In this document: in pieces, positions 39,862 through 54,774 of the stretch
Numbering within the stretch: position 1 is the first letter of the stretch
How the letters are laid out: every line of letters starts with the position of its first letter
Origin: Hormiphora californensis
Taxonomy: Eukaryota; Animalia; Ctenophora
Length of the DNA stretch: 64,000 nucleotides
Direction of reading: 5' to 3'
NCBI GenBank assembly: GCA_020137815.1
Contig: CM035360.1
Span: forward strand, 7,998,001 to 8,062,000
The notes under the pieces: generated by a model
Seen by the model: only the letters and a program-made list of their open reading frames with translations
The model's database searches: none
Told to the model about the DNA's origin: nothing
Position numbers and translations under genes: made by a program

Positions 39862-41803
39862 TTTTTAGTAATAATGTATTATTGTAAAACTTGCAAAGCA
39901 CCCTCAACTTTCTAGTGGTTACAGCTATAGAGGGGAAAGAAGAGAATGCACGGGGGAGGAGGGTCCAAGGCCAACCCGGCAGAGACATATTGACTGGGCA
40001 GTCGGTGATATGAGTGTGATTAGGGTGTGATGTGGAGGATGAAAATGAAATTGAAATCAGAACAAGTTAGTTGGGTCGACGCTCTCAAACAAATAAATCT
40101 TTAGTTTTCTTAGATACACAGGTTGGCTCACTGCCTGCCTGATGGTCCACAGGCACATCATTCCAGAGTCTGGTGGTACGATGATAAAAGTTATCACGTA
40201 TAGCAGAGTGAGCCCTCCAGCTTGTGTCATCTTTATAAGTTGTGCTGTCCCATCCCTCTATGATGGCCTGATTCTGGCGAGTAAGTCTCAGATTCAGACC
40301 ATCCACTAGAGAAATACAGGGAGGGAGACTAAGGGGGACGTGATTGTGAACCACATTATAGAAGAGACGTAGATCCGAATACTCAAAGAACTGCCTAAAA
40401 GGTAGCAGGTCTAACTCCTTGAGATTCGTCACATATTGCTCATTAGTGTAGGATTCTAGGGGCTCATTCTTGATCCACTTCACTGCTCTTTTCTGTAACC
40501 TCTCTAACGCAGCTAATTGCCCTTTCCCGATGTTGGCCCACACAGAATTACAGTGTTCTACGAGAGATCTTACCATGCTTAGGTATAGGGATCTCTTATA
40601 GGAACTCTTACTGAGAAAGTAACAGGTTCTACGCAATAAGTTAAACTTAGCGGTCATAATTTCTAAAATATAATCACAATGGGAAGACCAAGTTAAGTTA
40701 GAGGTAATAATAACTCCCAGATCTTTATGCTTGTTAACATAATCAATCAATACTCCATTAAGAGAATAGAAGTACTTAAAAAAGGGTAACTCAGACAGCT
40801 CCGAGGAGGCTCTACTAGTAGTCACACTTAACACCTTGCACTTGTCAGGATGGAAAAACATCTTATTACATACTGCCCACTCCCAAAGATTGTTAATAGA
40901 CTGCTGAAGAGACATGTGATCACCCATATCCTCTATGCGACGCCAGATCTTGGTATCGTCAGCATAGAGTGATATGTCTGTACCAGGTGTAACTGCCTTG
41001 CAGATATCATTTATAAACATAATAAATAGCTGAGGTCCCAAAATACTACCTTGGGGCACACCCGAGGTGACATTAAGGCTCTCTGAAGTCTCCCCGTCTA
41101 CTACAACAGACTGAGTGCGGTCTTTAAGATAGCTTCTAATAAAATTCAGTAACATACCATCAACTCCAAAATCATACTTCAGCTTCTTCAGGATAAGATC
41201 ATGGTTAACAGAATCGAAAGCACGGCTAAAATCGAAGTATATAACATCTGATTGCAATCCCTCACCGACACCAGAAGCAAGCGAATATGTGAACGGTAGT
41301 AACTGTGTGGAACAGGACCTACCACCCATAAATCCGTGCTGTCTGGGGTCAATTTGTGAATCACAGTGCTTATATAGGCGGACCTTCACAAGCCTCTCCA
41401 TGATTTTGGCAACAAGAGACAGCAAAGAGATCGGTCTATAGTTAGTCACGTCTCTTCTACTGCCCTTTTTATGCACAGGTACAATTGAGCCATGCTTCCA
41501 TTCACTAGGAATGATACCCGTGCGAATAGAAGCATTAAACAGAAGCCACAACGGATAGCTCAAGCTCCCGGCACAATTCTTGAGTAACTTTCCATGGAGA
41601 CCATCTGGTCCACAAGCCTTGGAAGTGTCAATACAAGTGAGCGCTTGATAAACTTCGGAGATAGAGAAAAAACACTCTGAATCTAGATGAGAACTCTCAA
41701 TCCCAATATCATAACTACTAGGTGAAGTAAATTGTTCAGCAAAACATACATTAAAAAGAGTAGCTTTACCACCCAGGTCAGATCTAGAAATATCTCCCTT
41801 ATA
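39862..41803 (-). mobile_element. CR1-clade LINE, 5'-truncated, RT ORF open (40085-41563, extends to ~41800)
   Basis: NYRPISLL, QHGF, DFSRAFDSV, SGVPQGSILGP, YADDTK, KDLGV. Confidence 0.93.
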
Positions 41804-43480
<1,677 letters not shown>

Positions 43481-44017
43481 GGCGTTGACGCCGAAACAGT
43501 TGACAAACCACCGTGTTTACATGTTGTTCTACCCTAGAGGCCGCCGGTATACTCTACTAATTCTAATTTTCTATTTGAAACAGCTGCTAACTTGAAACAG
43601 TGTCTGACAATCTGAAACACGCGCACTGGTTTATATTTGAAACGGGTTCCCCCGATCATGTGTTTGATATTTTACATTGCGTGTTATCTGCTCTCTGATT
43701 GGGTGATATCGTGTGACGTGTGCTGCTGCAGCAGAGGGAGAGATGTATCTTACACACACTGCTGTGTGTGAAGGGTCTTCATGATTAGATAATAGATAAA
43801 AATATGTTGTGTGTAGCGGTGCCGTTTGTACACTGTACCCAGACAGACAGACAGAGGGAGAGATAGAGCCGTTAATTGTAGTATTGAACCTAATTACACA
43901 CTTTTCACTTGTCAGAGTACTACAATTGATTCTTTTTTACCTACATTGAAAAGATCGAGAGACAGAAAGAGAGAGAGTGAGGGAGAGAAAGAGAGAGAGA
44001 GAGAGTGAGGGAGAGAA

Positions 44018-44066
<49 letters not shown>

Positions 44067-45566
44067 AAGAGAGAGAGAGTTCAACTTACCCCTATGTACA
44101 TTGTTCTACCTTTACTCCGCAGGCCCTCTGGGCCCTCAGATCCAACAAGATCCGGGCCCGGGGATTCAACCCTGCTCTCGCATGGGACCTTACGGCCATA
44201 CTATCATTCAATATGTAAGGGGAAACTCTAATGGGATCCCATCAACAGTAAAACTCTAACTGATAATGGACCACAGTGATGTTTCTTTCTCTGTATTCTC
44301 TCTGTATCTATGTACTGCCTACAGAGAGAATACAGAGAAAGAACTATTGGGCATGCCCGGGCACGGGCGCGCACACAGAGAGAATACAGAGAAAGAACCA
44401 TCACTGTGGTCCATTATCAGTTAGATTTTTACTGTTGATGGGATCCCATTAATGGGATGCCATTCAGTTAGAGTTTCCTAACACAGTTTCCTAACACAGA
44501 ATGCATTTTTAAACCTCTGGTACCTTGTTTAAATAAGCAACACCAATGAAGCAGGTCGAAACCGGCAATATTATTGCTGGGCAAGCGATTCTAGTAACTT
44601 GAAACACCGCGGAAGGCTATTTAAAACACTTTTTTCCAAATCCGCTGTCGGAAATCTTTAATGTTCATTTTGAGCATAGGGAGGATATGAATTATGAGTT
44701 TAGCCAATTCTGCCAAAAATTGGTCGAATCTGGGGCAAAAACTGTTTTCCTGGCTATTTGAAACAATTTTTGGAAACATTCACTGGACCAAGCACATGTA
44801 ACAAAATTCAGATTTCAGACATGGAATGGCTCTGTGTGGGGTCAGATGATTGTTACATATTAGTATATCAGTCACTGTCTGATTAGGTGTCTGAGAGCTG
44901 TCTATTCTGCACTACTCATTGAAACCCATGATCTTTCCTGTTCTTAGAAGCAGCTATTGTTTCCAACCGTTTAGCACTCTTTACAGCTGTGAACTGCACA
45001 GTTCGGGTGCAGTTCATCTACATCATAAAGGGGCTTGTAAAACGTCTAGCTGCTTCAGATCCTTACTCGCTATATCTCGCAAACAATAGAACTGCACGCT
45101 TATTGGTTCACTCTTAGGTTCATCTGTGATGATTGGTCGTTAGGTTCTTATCACATGACTAAGCTGTTTCTGCTGAGCGATCATACTTTAGAACGAGAGA
45201 TTTGGAAAATAAGGGACTTCGAAACTTCTCATTTTTTTACGTTACAAACTATATTCTTCTGCTTGATCAAAAACATAGAGTTTCAATTCTACAAAGTCTA
45301 CCACTAGACGAGCAGCCAAGGCAAGCTACTAAACCAACAGCTTGGCCTACATCTGTGCAACCCTTGTCTAACTATTCCATGTCGAAAATCTCGGTTTCGT
45401 GGACGAATTGAGGGAGATACGGCTGTTTCAAATTAGCAGACTGAGGCGGGCTAATTGAAACAGCAAATTTGGATAGATATCACGTGACCCTGACCCCGGA
45501 AGACAAAATGAGACATCTCAACCCACTTCAAAAACTACCCTGGGACTGTCTCGGTAACATAGGGTG

Positions 45567-46798
45567 TGTGTGTGTGTGTGTTTAGCACCTCCCATCATTC
45601 CGCCCACTGTGCTGCCCCTTCATAGGTCGACAGCCGACCTCCATTATAATCACTCCACGCCACTACCCTCCACACAAAGGGACAGTGTTGGTGTTCTCCG
45701 GTTCAGTCCTGGTGTTCTGCAGAGCAAGCTCCACATTTCCCTCGAACTGTTCCGGCACCACAAGAAGAGTTTTGATTCACGGCTTAATAGAGACCAGCGT
45801 GTCTTGTATGTTGGGACAATAGGTGAAATTTACCTGCCTCCCTGGCTGGTCTTCGGTTACTACTGCTGCAAGGAGCTGTAGAAGTAGGTGGGTCTTCCGA
45901 ATTTGCCACAGCGATAACTCACAGCCCGTGAGGCCTGTGTCGGTTGACAAATCTTATCACACTCTTGGCCTTGGGTCGATACCGCTAGTACACAGATCTG
46001 CATACAGCCAGGAGGTCCGGAAAAGTCTAATTTCTTAGACTTATATTGCACGGTTAAGCGTCTACACTTAAAGTAACACTGTGAAGCATTGCGCAAGTAT
46101 CAGCCCCCAGTGGTGTGCATTTTGCGGATTTAATACTTGCCTAAGGAGGCGGGGTGGCCGAGTGGGCCCAGAACTGCCCCATTACTCGTGGGTCCTAAGG
46201 TAGATGTGCGTTTGTGTAGTCCCTCCTAGGTAACAGTCTCGACTCTGTTACCTGTTTCAGATCAGGATGGTTAGGGGTGGTTGCATCTGGCTGTAAGTTA
46301 GGTGAGTTTTATCAGGTCGAGTGTTTGGTCGGGAGTGAGAATATTCTCGGCAATGTCCCGGTAGTCTAGCCATTGTTATCATGGAGGTTATGTGCTGATT
46401 CATAATGGTCATCAGCGACCGCGATTAAGTAGGCTTAGTAACTGGGATTTAATTTAATAAATTCCGTTTACTCAACCTAGGGATAGACCCTATTTCAAGT
46501 GAGATTATCAGTTCAACTGGGATCAGTTGCACTGCAAGAGCTCGGTGCCATGTGTAACAAAGTTACTGGCAGGGGTGAGATTATCAGTTCAACTGGTATA
46601 GTTTCACTGCAAGAGCTCGGTGCCATAATTGAGTCCGGCAAGGTCTCTGGCAAAGTTTACTCCCCGTACTTGGGGAGAGAGCCGGTGTGATTTGACCGTA
46701 ATCACTGGACCATCAGCCAACCAGGTCCACGGCAACGGGACTGAGCTTGAAGAGCTCAGCTGGCACGAAGAACTCATTTCTGAGTTCCCCCCGCTGAT
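45567..46798 (-). mobile_element. 1.2-kb non-coding retroposon with structured 5' head and (CA)n tail
   Basis: 14-bp TSD GGTAACATAGGGTG (45553-45566, 46799-46812); head duplicated at 14496-14733. Confidence 0.85.
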
Positions 46799-47821
46799 GG
46801 TAACATAGGGTGAAAAAATTTTGGGTTCGACTTGATTTGTGGACATGCAAAGGAAAAAAGTGAAAAACTGTTTCAAATAGCCAGTGTCTACCCTACCAAC
46901 GCTTTTCTACCTACGTACCCCGTTCATTACTCTACAGAGCTAAAATTCTACGGATGTTTATCAGTGATGATATTAGGTTGTCCAAGAAATAATGTCGCGA
47001 CCCGATTTCTCCAACAATTTCGGTATACAACTTTTTCTAACGCCTTGATCTAACCCTTGTATATAAATAATTGTTATACCATCTGAAAGCTAATATTGTT
47101 AGCTTAGTGGTAACGGGCAGGCTCGAACGAGCAGTTTTCTTCTAGAGATAGGATGACGTCATTATGATAGCTTAACTAGGTGAGAGACGGGCAGCACATG
47201 GTTCGAATTGCCCCGATGGTTCGAATTACCCCAGTTTACCCTAATAAAGTATCATTAGGGGAAACTCTAACTGAATGGCATCCCATTAATGGGATCCCAT
47301 CAACAGTAAAACTCTAACTGATAATGGACCACAGTGATGGTTCTTTCTCTGTATTCTCTCTGTGTGCGCGCCCGTGCCCGGGCATGCCCTATTATAGTTC
47401 TTTCTCTGTATTCTCTCTGTAGGCAGTACATAGAAGTACTGCCTACAGAGAGAATACAGAGAAAGAACCATCACTGTGGTCCATTATCAGTTAGAGTTTT
47501 ACTATTGATGGGATCCCATTAATGGGATGCCATTCAGTTAGAGTTTCCCCTAATGAATGAAACTAAAGATAATCCTTCTCTAGATAATGCCAAGCCAACT
47601 TCAAGGAGAATATAGGGCCTATCAGCAGATCCCAGGGATAGGGGAGCGGGGATGTGTGAGTGTACCCAATTCGATCCCAATCTCGACTTGACGGAAGGCG
47701 CGAAAATTCGAGAGCTCTATAGTGCTGAAATTTTATACTATTTTCCATGCACCAACTGTGTTTTATACTTTAGGTGTTAATTTCACCAAGGGCATACAAA
47801 AAGGTTAATCTGAATTATTAC

Positions 47822-47980
47822 CTGTAGAAGGAATTGCCGGTTCCAGTGCTGTCTCAACATCATGATTTACTTCACTGGTTCCCTCAATTACCGGAAAGCG
47901 CTCTTTGAATGTTGCTTCAAAAGGATGTGGTGGAAGTGGCTTGCGACTAGCAAATGATGGTCCTCTTAGGTATGCCAAGT
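47822..47980 (-). CDS. Stathmin-domain protein, exon 2
   Basis: cttcag|AC...ACAG|gtaat, phase 1-1, 159 nt open; DLAYLRGPSFASRKPLPPHPFEATFKERFPVIEGTSEVNHDVETALEPAIPST; non-repetitive island among TEs. Confidence 0.7.
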
Positions 47981-48191
47981 CTGAAGATTTTTGTATTTCT
48001 AACTAATTTGAGAATCACCGACGCTCACTAAAAAGCAACTTTCAACATTGATATTCAATTTTGCATACATTCAATTTTGCATACATACGCAAAAGCTGCG
48101 ATCGCAGCTTTTGCGTGAAACATTTGTTGATTTTGTAAAACCTTGTTTCACTTAAGTCACAATAGCATACATCAATACCAATTTTTGCCAT

Positions 48192-48223
<32 letters not shown>

Positions 48224-51028
48224 CACCACCAGATACGCAGTTATACGTTTTATGGGCGTTTGGTTTTGGTAACGAAATTAACCCTAACTTGCGGGCATGC
48301 TAAAACGTGTCTTACTACCGCGGCTGCGATGCCTCAGTGTGCGGTAAGAGATTAAAGTGAGAGTGGACCGACACAGAATTGGACAATATTATTGTAGGTA
48401 GTAGAGATTATTTTTCTGAGCATTTTGCCTTTTTCCCGCTTAAAATTGACCCCTCCATTACTGAGATACTTTTGTTATGCAAATATTGTTGCAATGGGAG
48501 AATGACGTCACACATCTATATCTTGTATTCTGTATGTGTGCGTGCTCGGGCATGTTCGATGTAATGCCTACCAGAGAGAATACAGAGATAGATGCGTGAC
48601 GTCATTCTCCCAACATAAGGGGAAAATCTAACTGAATGGCATCCCATTAATGGGATCCCATCAACAGTAAAACTCTAACTGATAATGGACCACAGTGATG
48701 TTTCTTTCTCTGTATTCTCTCTGTAGGCTGTACATCTATGTACTGCCTACAGAGAGAATACAGAGAAAGAACTATTGGGCATGCCCGGGCACGGGCGCGC
48801 ACTACAGAGAGAATACAGAGAAAGAACCATCACTGTGGTCCATTATCAGTTAGAGTTTTACTGTTGATGGGATCCCATTAATGGGATGCCATTCAGTTAT
48901 ATTTTCCCCTAAGGGGAAACTCTAACTGAATGGCATCCCATCTCAGTGATAGAGAGGTCAATTTCAAGCGGGAAAAAAGCAAAATGCTCAGAGAAATAAT
49001 CTCTACTATCTAAGGGGAAACTCTAACTGAATGGCATCCCATTAATGGGATCCCATCAACAGTAAAACTCTAACTGATAATGGACCACAGTGATGGTTCT
49101 TTCTCTGTATTCTCTCTGTAGGCAGTACATCTATGTACAGAGGATACAGAGAATACAGAGAAAGAACCATCACTGTGGTCCATTATATGATTAGATGACT
49201 GCTTAAAATGGTCGATTACTATTTAGTGCACGAGGCCGAAGGCCGAGTGTTCTAAATACAACAATAATGAACCGAGACCGACAGGTCGAGGTAGATGATT
49301 TTACTTAGCTGCCGAGCCTGCGAGGCACGCTAAGTGTAACTACTGAGCGAGCCTGCGAGCTCTGTAGTTGTACTTTTGGGCCGAGCCTGCGAGGCCTAAA
49401 AGTGAAAGAATCTTTGGTAGTATGGTAGTTAAGGTCGTGCGCACTTTTTGGCGCCACGTGGCGCCACGTGGCGATATTTTAGCGCCAAAATTTGGCGACT
49501 GCGCACAACCGCCAATTTGGCGCCAAAATGGCGCCAAATTGGCGCCATGTACTTTTCACTCTTGGCGCCAAATTGGCGCCACTTGGCGAGTGGGAACATT
49601 CAGAAGCGGAAATTAACCACCTCTTTGGCCCCCAGGAGGCGCTAGAGTCACCTAAAAGCCCCCTAGAAGGCTCCAAGAGACCCCTAGAGTCTATTAGAGT
49701 CCCTCAAAAGCCCATAAAGATCGCATGCAGCCCCAGATGAGCACACAAGGCCCCCAAAAAGCCACTAGAGTTCTCTAGAGTCCCCTGAAACGCCCCAAGA
49801 GGACACCAGAGGTCCCTGAATGCCCGTAGATGTCCCTAAAGACCCACAGAGGCATCAAGGATTGAACAGTTAAAAAAGAGCTGTGTTTATGTAAATATAT
49901 CGCCATGTAAGAACTCAATTAGCGCCATGTAAATGGCGCTAATAATTACTTTGGCGCTTTGATGTGGCGGAGTTTATGTGGCGCTTTTATGTGGCGTCAA
50001 TTATTGACGCCACACCGGAAATTCAAAAAAACACGTGGCGCTAAAATCGACTAAAAATCCATTGACGCCATCCTCTCAAAAATTGACGCCACGTCCTGAC
50101 GCCACGTCCTGAGGCCTTCTACCCTATGAAGCACTTTATCAAGCGCTATAAAGCGCTTTTTAAAGCGCCATAAAGGGTAGAAGGGCCACGGCCCTAGAAC
50201 ACCGCCACGTGGCGGTTTTAACCGCCACGTGACGGCGGGACGTGGCGTCAATCTCAGGACGTGGCGTCAATGAGCCTTTTTCGCGGTGTTATGTGGCGCT
50301 AATAAATGAAGTTGGCGCTTCGAATTGGCGCTAATGACTTTTGGTCCCCAGGACGTGGCGTCAATCCCAGGACGTGGCGTCAATTTTTGAGTGGCGGAAA
50401 TGTCAAAATTTTTTGGCGCTTTTGGATGACGCCACACCCGAAAAAATCGAATCGCCAATTTGTTTTTTTGGCCTATCATTTGGCGCTAATTTTTGGCGCT
50501 ATTTTTTGGCGCCATGTAAATTGGCGCCATATAAACTGATGCCAGAAACCCCCTAGTGGCCCCTAGGGACCCCCAGGAGGCGCTAGAGTCACCTAAAAGC
50601 CCCCTAGAAGGCTCTAAGAGACCCCTAGAGGCCACTAGAGTCGATTAGAGTCCCTCAAACGCCCAGAAAGATCGCATGCAGCCCCAGATGAGCACACAAG
50701 GCCCCCAAAAAGCCACTAGAGTTCTCTAGAGTCCCCTGAAACGCCCCAAGAGGACACCAGAGGTCCCTGAATGCCCGTAGAAGTCCCTAAAGACCCACAG
50801 AGGCATCAAGGATTGAACAGTCAAAAAAGAGCTGTGTTTATGTAAATATATCGACATGTAAGAACTCAATTAGCGCCATGTAAATGGCGCTATAAATTAC
50901 TTTGGCGCTTTGATGTGGCAGAGTTTATGTGGCGCCAATTATGTGGCGTCAATTATTGACGCCACACCGGAAATTCAAAAAAACACGTGGCGCTAAAATC
51001 GACTAAAAATCCATTGACTCCATCCTCT

Positions 51029-51827
51029 TTTTTTTTTTTTTCGGGGGAGAGCACTCCCGTAAACAATCTTTGATACTGAGAGTTCTCAGTTGATATAAAA
51101 ATAAATGCGCTCTTGCGCTATCACGGAATAAAATAATAAATTAAAAACAATTGTTCATTGACTACACACACACTCTCATGTTCCATAGATCGTCAGATGT
51201 AGCTTCAGCCTTTTTCCCACGGAAACCACGGATGGAAAGGGTGACACTTCTGACCATCGAGAAGCTTAGTCGGAGTCTGATGTATCTGATGCAGTCGCCA
51301 TGACTGTTTCCTGATCTGTTTGTCTTCAGTTCTGCAATGTGTTTGACCACTTTGGTAAACTCCTTGGCAAGTCCCCCAGTTGTGCTGATCACCAGTGGAC
51401 TGAAGAACCCTCCTTCTATTTCCCGGTCTCGGTGAAGATAAGCTATTTTCTTCTGGGTCTCATGCTTTGCATATGTAAGGGGAATAGTCTGGTTACAGTT
51501 GGATGGGGCCTGAGCATTAAAAGCTCTTACATCGAACATTGCCTTATCCATTGGATTCCAGAATCCTCTCGTTGCGATATCTAATCTGGCATTATCTTCT
51601 GTGATCGTTCCTTCAGGGAGGTCTCTTCCGTTGGTGGGGAGCAGAGAGGGCTCAATTTCCGTACCGTCACATACCCGAGTAAGCTCCGCTGCTATGTAGT
51701 CCCTAACTCGGTTGTGCCTCAGAGCTACAAATCCGCCCTTTTTGCATGATAGTGCATGTTCAACGGTGTTCAGTTCATCGCATGCACAGTTTGTGGGCCT
51801 AGCCTCTCCAACGATTGGTAAATTTTT
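51029..51827 (-). mobile_element. CRE-like non-LTR 3' fragment (zinc knuckle + RLE), poly(A) tail
   Basis: CACD..HALSCKKGG..RHNRVRD..ARLDI..FDVR..KHE.QK; 15-bp TSD TTGAC(T/G)CCATCCTCT with empty site at ~50062. Confidence 0.88.
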
Positions 51828-52332
51828 TTGACGCCATCCTCTCAAAAATTGACGCCACGTCCTGAGATTGACGCCACGTCCTGAGGCCAAAAAAATAGCG
51901 CCAATCTGAAGCGCCAATTTCGACTATTAACGCCACATGAACACTGCCAAAAAGGCTCATTGACGCCACGTCCTGAGATAGACGCCACGTCCCGGGGCCA
52001 CGGGGCGGTTAAAACCGCCACGTGGCGGTGTTCAAGGGCCGTGGCCCTTCTACCCGATAAAGCGCTTTTCAAAGCGCTTTCGAAAGCGCTAAAAACCGCT
52101 TTTTATAGCGCTATAAAGCGCTTTTCAAATCGCTATAAAGGTAGAAGGGCCACGGCCCTTGAACACCGCCACGTGGCGGTTTTAACCGCCTTGTGGCCCC
52201 AGGACGTGGCGTCAATCTCAGGACGTGGCGTCAATCAGCCTTTTTGGCAGTGTTCATGTGGAGTTAATAGTCGAAATTGGCGCTTCGAATTGGCGCTATT
52301 CTTTTTTGGCCCCAGGGACGTGGCTTTGGCCC

Positions 52333-54774
52333 GGTGACCTACAACTATGGCTCATGCAACTATGGCTCATAGAATCTATGAGCCATAGATGCATGCAACT
52401 ATGGCTCATAGAAATGTGATCTGATTAGGTTCTATGAGCCAAAGCTAGTGAGAGTGAGTGACACGTGAGCGGTGAGTGACACGTGAGTGACACGTGAGTG
52501 ACACGTGAGAGATCGAATCATATAATATTGAATGAGCACAATATGAATAATGAGCACAAATGTAAACGATTTACATAATAATAAATCTAATATTACATAA
52601 TTAAAATTACACTATCAGTTCATCTTGGATATAATGGTAAAAGGGGTCCTTCTTTGGACACTTCATAGAGCTTTTCACGTGAATCAGCAGATCCTTAACA
52701 CGATTTTTTCCCTGCCCGGGTGGATGCCCGAAGGGCATCTACCCGGATGATCGTTTTAGCACGTGTGCTCAAAAGATCATAAAGGGTTTAGAAATCTCGG
52801 ATTTGAAATAGTAACTCGAGCGTGGTCAAAATCGCGTGTGTCACGGTAGCAGCATAGTAACTGCTCCTTCATAAAATCAAATAACTGTTTTGATGAAATA
52901 TGATGTCAGGACGCTTATTTTTCAAAGCTGTGCGCGGCGCTCACAACACTGTTGCTGAAGGGGTGAGGGTAGAGCAGTAACACTGTGTAACTGCATATAG
53001 GACGCATGCATCTCACATTGCGACCAAGCCTTTATATTGTGATAGTGTGATACTGATCCTGTCGACGGAGGGCAGGGAAACACCGCATTATGAATACATA
53101 ATGCAATAATTCTTGTTATTCAAATCTATGATCGGGTAGGTACTAAACAGCCGCCTTGCATTATCACTATCAGGATCCACAGCAAAAAACTCTCCAACAG
53201 GTCTGATTTTCGAGAAAGTACATAGTATAGGTAGGATGTTCCCAGAAATTGCCTGGCTACAGTTTTTGATCTTTCACACTCTTCCAAAACCTCCCGGTAC
53301 TCGTTGAACGTTGTAGTGTTGTTAGTGACGTCGATAACAATTATAAATAGTGAATCCACTAAAAAGTTCTAATGAGCGGGATGGATATGTGACAGTGTCA
53401 CATATCCACCCCCCCCCCCCTCACTGACACGATTCTGGGATGCGTCATTAGCAGAGTGAAACGATACGAGATACGAAACTTATGATTCGGGGGAGCTCAT
53501 TAGCAGTGTGAGACGATACAGGATGTGGAATATGATTCGGGGAAGCTTATTAGGAGTGTTAGACGATAAAATGAAACACGATTCGGAGAATGTTTTATCG
53601 CTCTTTCTATCTATCTCTATCTCTTTTTGTCAATTATCTTGGACTTGAGAACCAGATGAGGTGCCTACCATTATACTATAATGCGAGCTGACGCTACACA
53701 CTTAGTGAGTTTAGTGCCCTTATTTTTGGTAATAAGAGCCTATCGGGCATCGGCTCGCCTCATTGTTTTTAGGAGGATATGTTGTATTAGATGGAATGCG
53801 TTGGGTTTCATTTATTTTCGAGTCTTGCCAAACAGACCAAATTCAAACCATTCCATCTAAAACAACAACATATCTGGATGTCGGCTGAGCCGACATCCAG
53901 ATAAAAAAGGAAAAGGAGTATGGACAAAAATAAGGGCACCAAAGTTTGTAGCTTCCTCGCATTAGTATGGGTAGGTATCTCCTCTGGTTCTCAAGATAAT
54001 TGACAAAAAGATATAGAGATAGATAGAAAGAGCGATAAAACATTCTCCGAATCGTGTCAGTGAGGGGGGATATGTGACACTGTCACATATCCATCCCACT
54101 CATTAGAATTTGTTAGCACTTGGATTCACTACTCATTAGCTATAATTGTTATCGACGTCACTAACAACACTACGTTCAACGAGTACCGGGAGGTTTTGGA
54201 AGAGTGTGAAAGATCAAAAACTGTAGCCAGGCAATTTCTGGGAACATCTTACCTATACTATGTACTTTCTCGAAAATCAGACCTGTTGGAGAGTTTTTTA
54301 CTGTGGATCCTGATAGTGATAATGCAAGGCGGCTGTTTAGTACCTACCCGATCATAGATTTGAATAAAAATCGTGTTAAGGATCTGCTGATTCACGTGAA
54401 AAGCTCTATGAAGTGTCCAAAGAAGGACCCCTTTTACCATTATATCCAAGATGAACTGATAGTGTAATTTTAATTATGTAATATTAGATTTATTATTATG
54501 TAAATCGTTTACATTTGTGCTCATTATTCATATTGTGCTCATTCAATATTATATGATTCGATCTCTCACGTGTCACTCACGTGTCACTCACGTGTCACTC
54601 ACGTGTCACTCACTCTCACTAGCTTTGGCCCATAGAACCTAATCAGATCACATTTCTATGAGCCATAGTTGTATGCATCTATGGCTCATAAAATCTATGA
54701 GCCATAGTTGCATGCATCTATGGCTCATAGATTCTATGAGCCATAGTTGCATGAGCCATAGTTGTAGGTAATCC
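52333..54774. mobile_element. Foldback element with long arms, ~8-bp TSD
   Basis: ACCTACAACTATGGCTCATGC inverted ends; TSD TTTGGCCC/GTTGGCCC. Confidence 0.8.
52706..53117 (+). mobile_element. Helentron-associated non-autonomous element (HINE/DINE-like)
   Basis: SubTIR TTTCCCTGCCC/GGGCAGGGAAA, 3' hairpin GCATTATGAATACATAATGC, inserted in a T-run with no TSD (empty site in opposite arm, 54361-54381). Confidence 0.8.

Noticed and set aside
40085-41563. Active autonomous LINE
   Set aside because: No endonuclease or ORF1; 5' end cut at a foldback element
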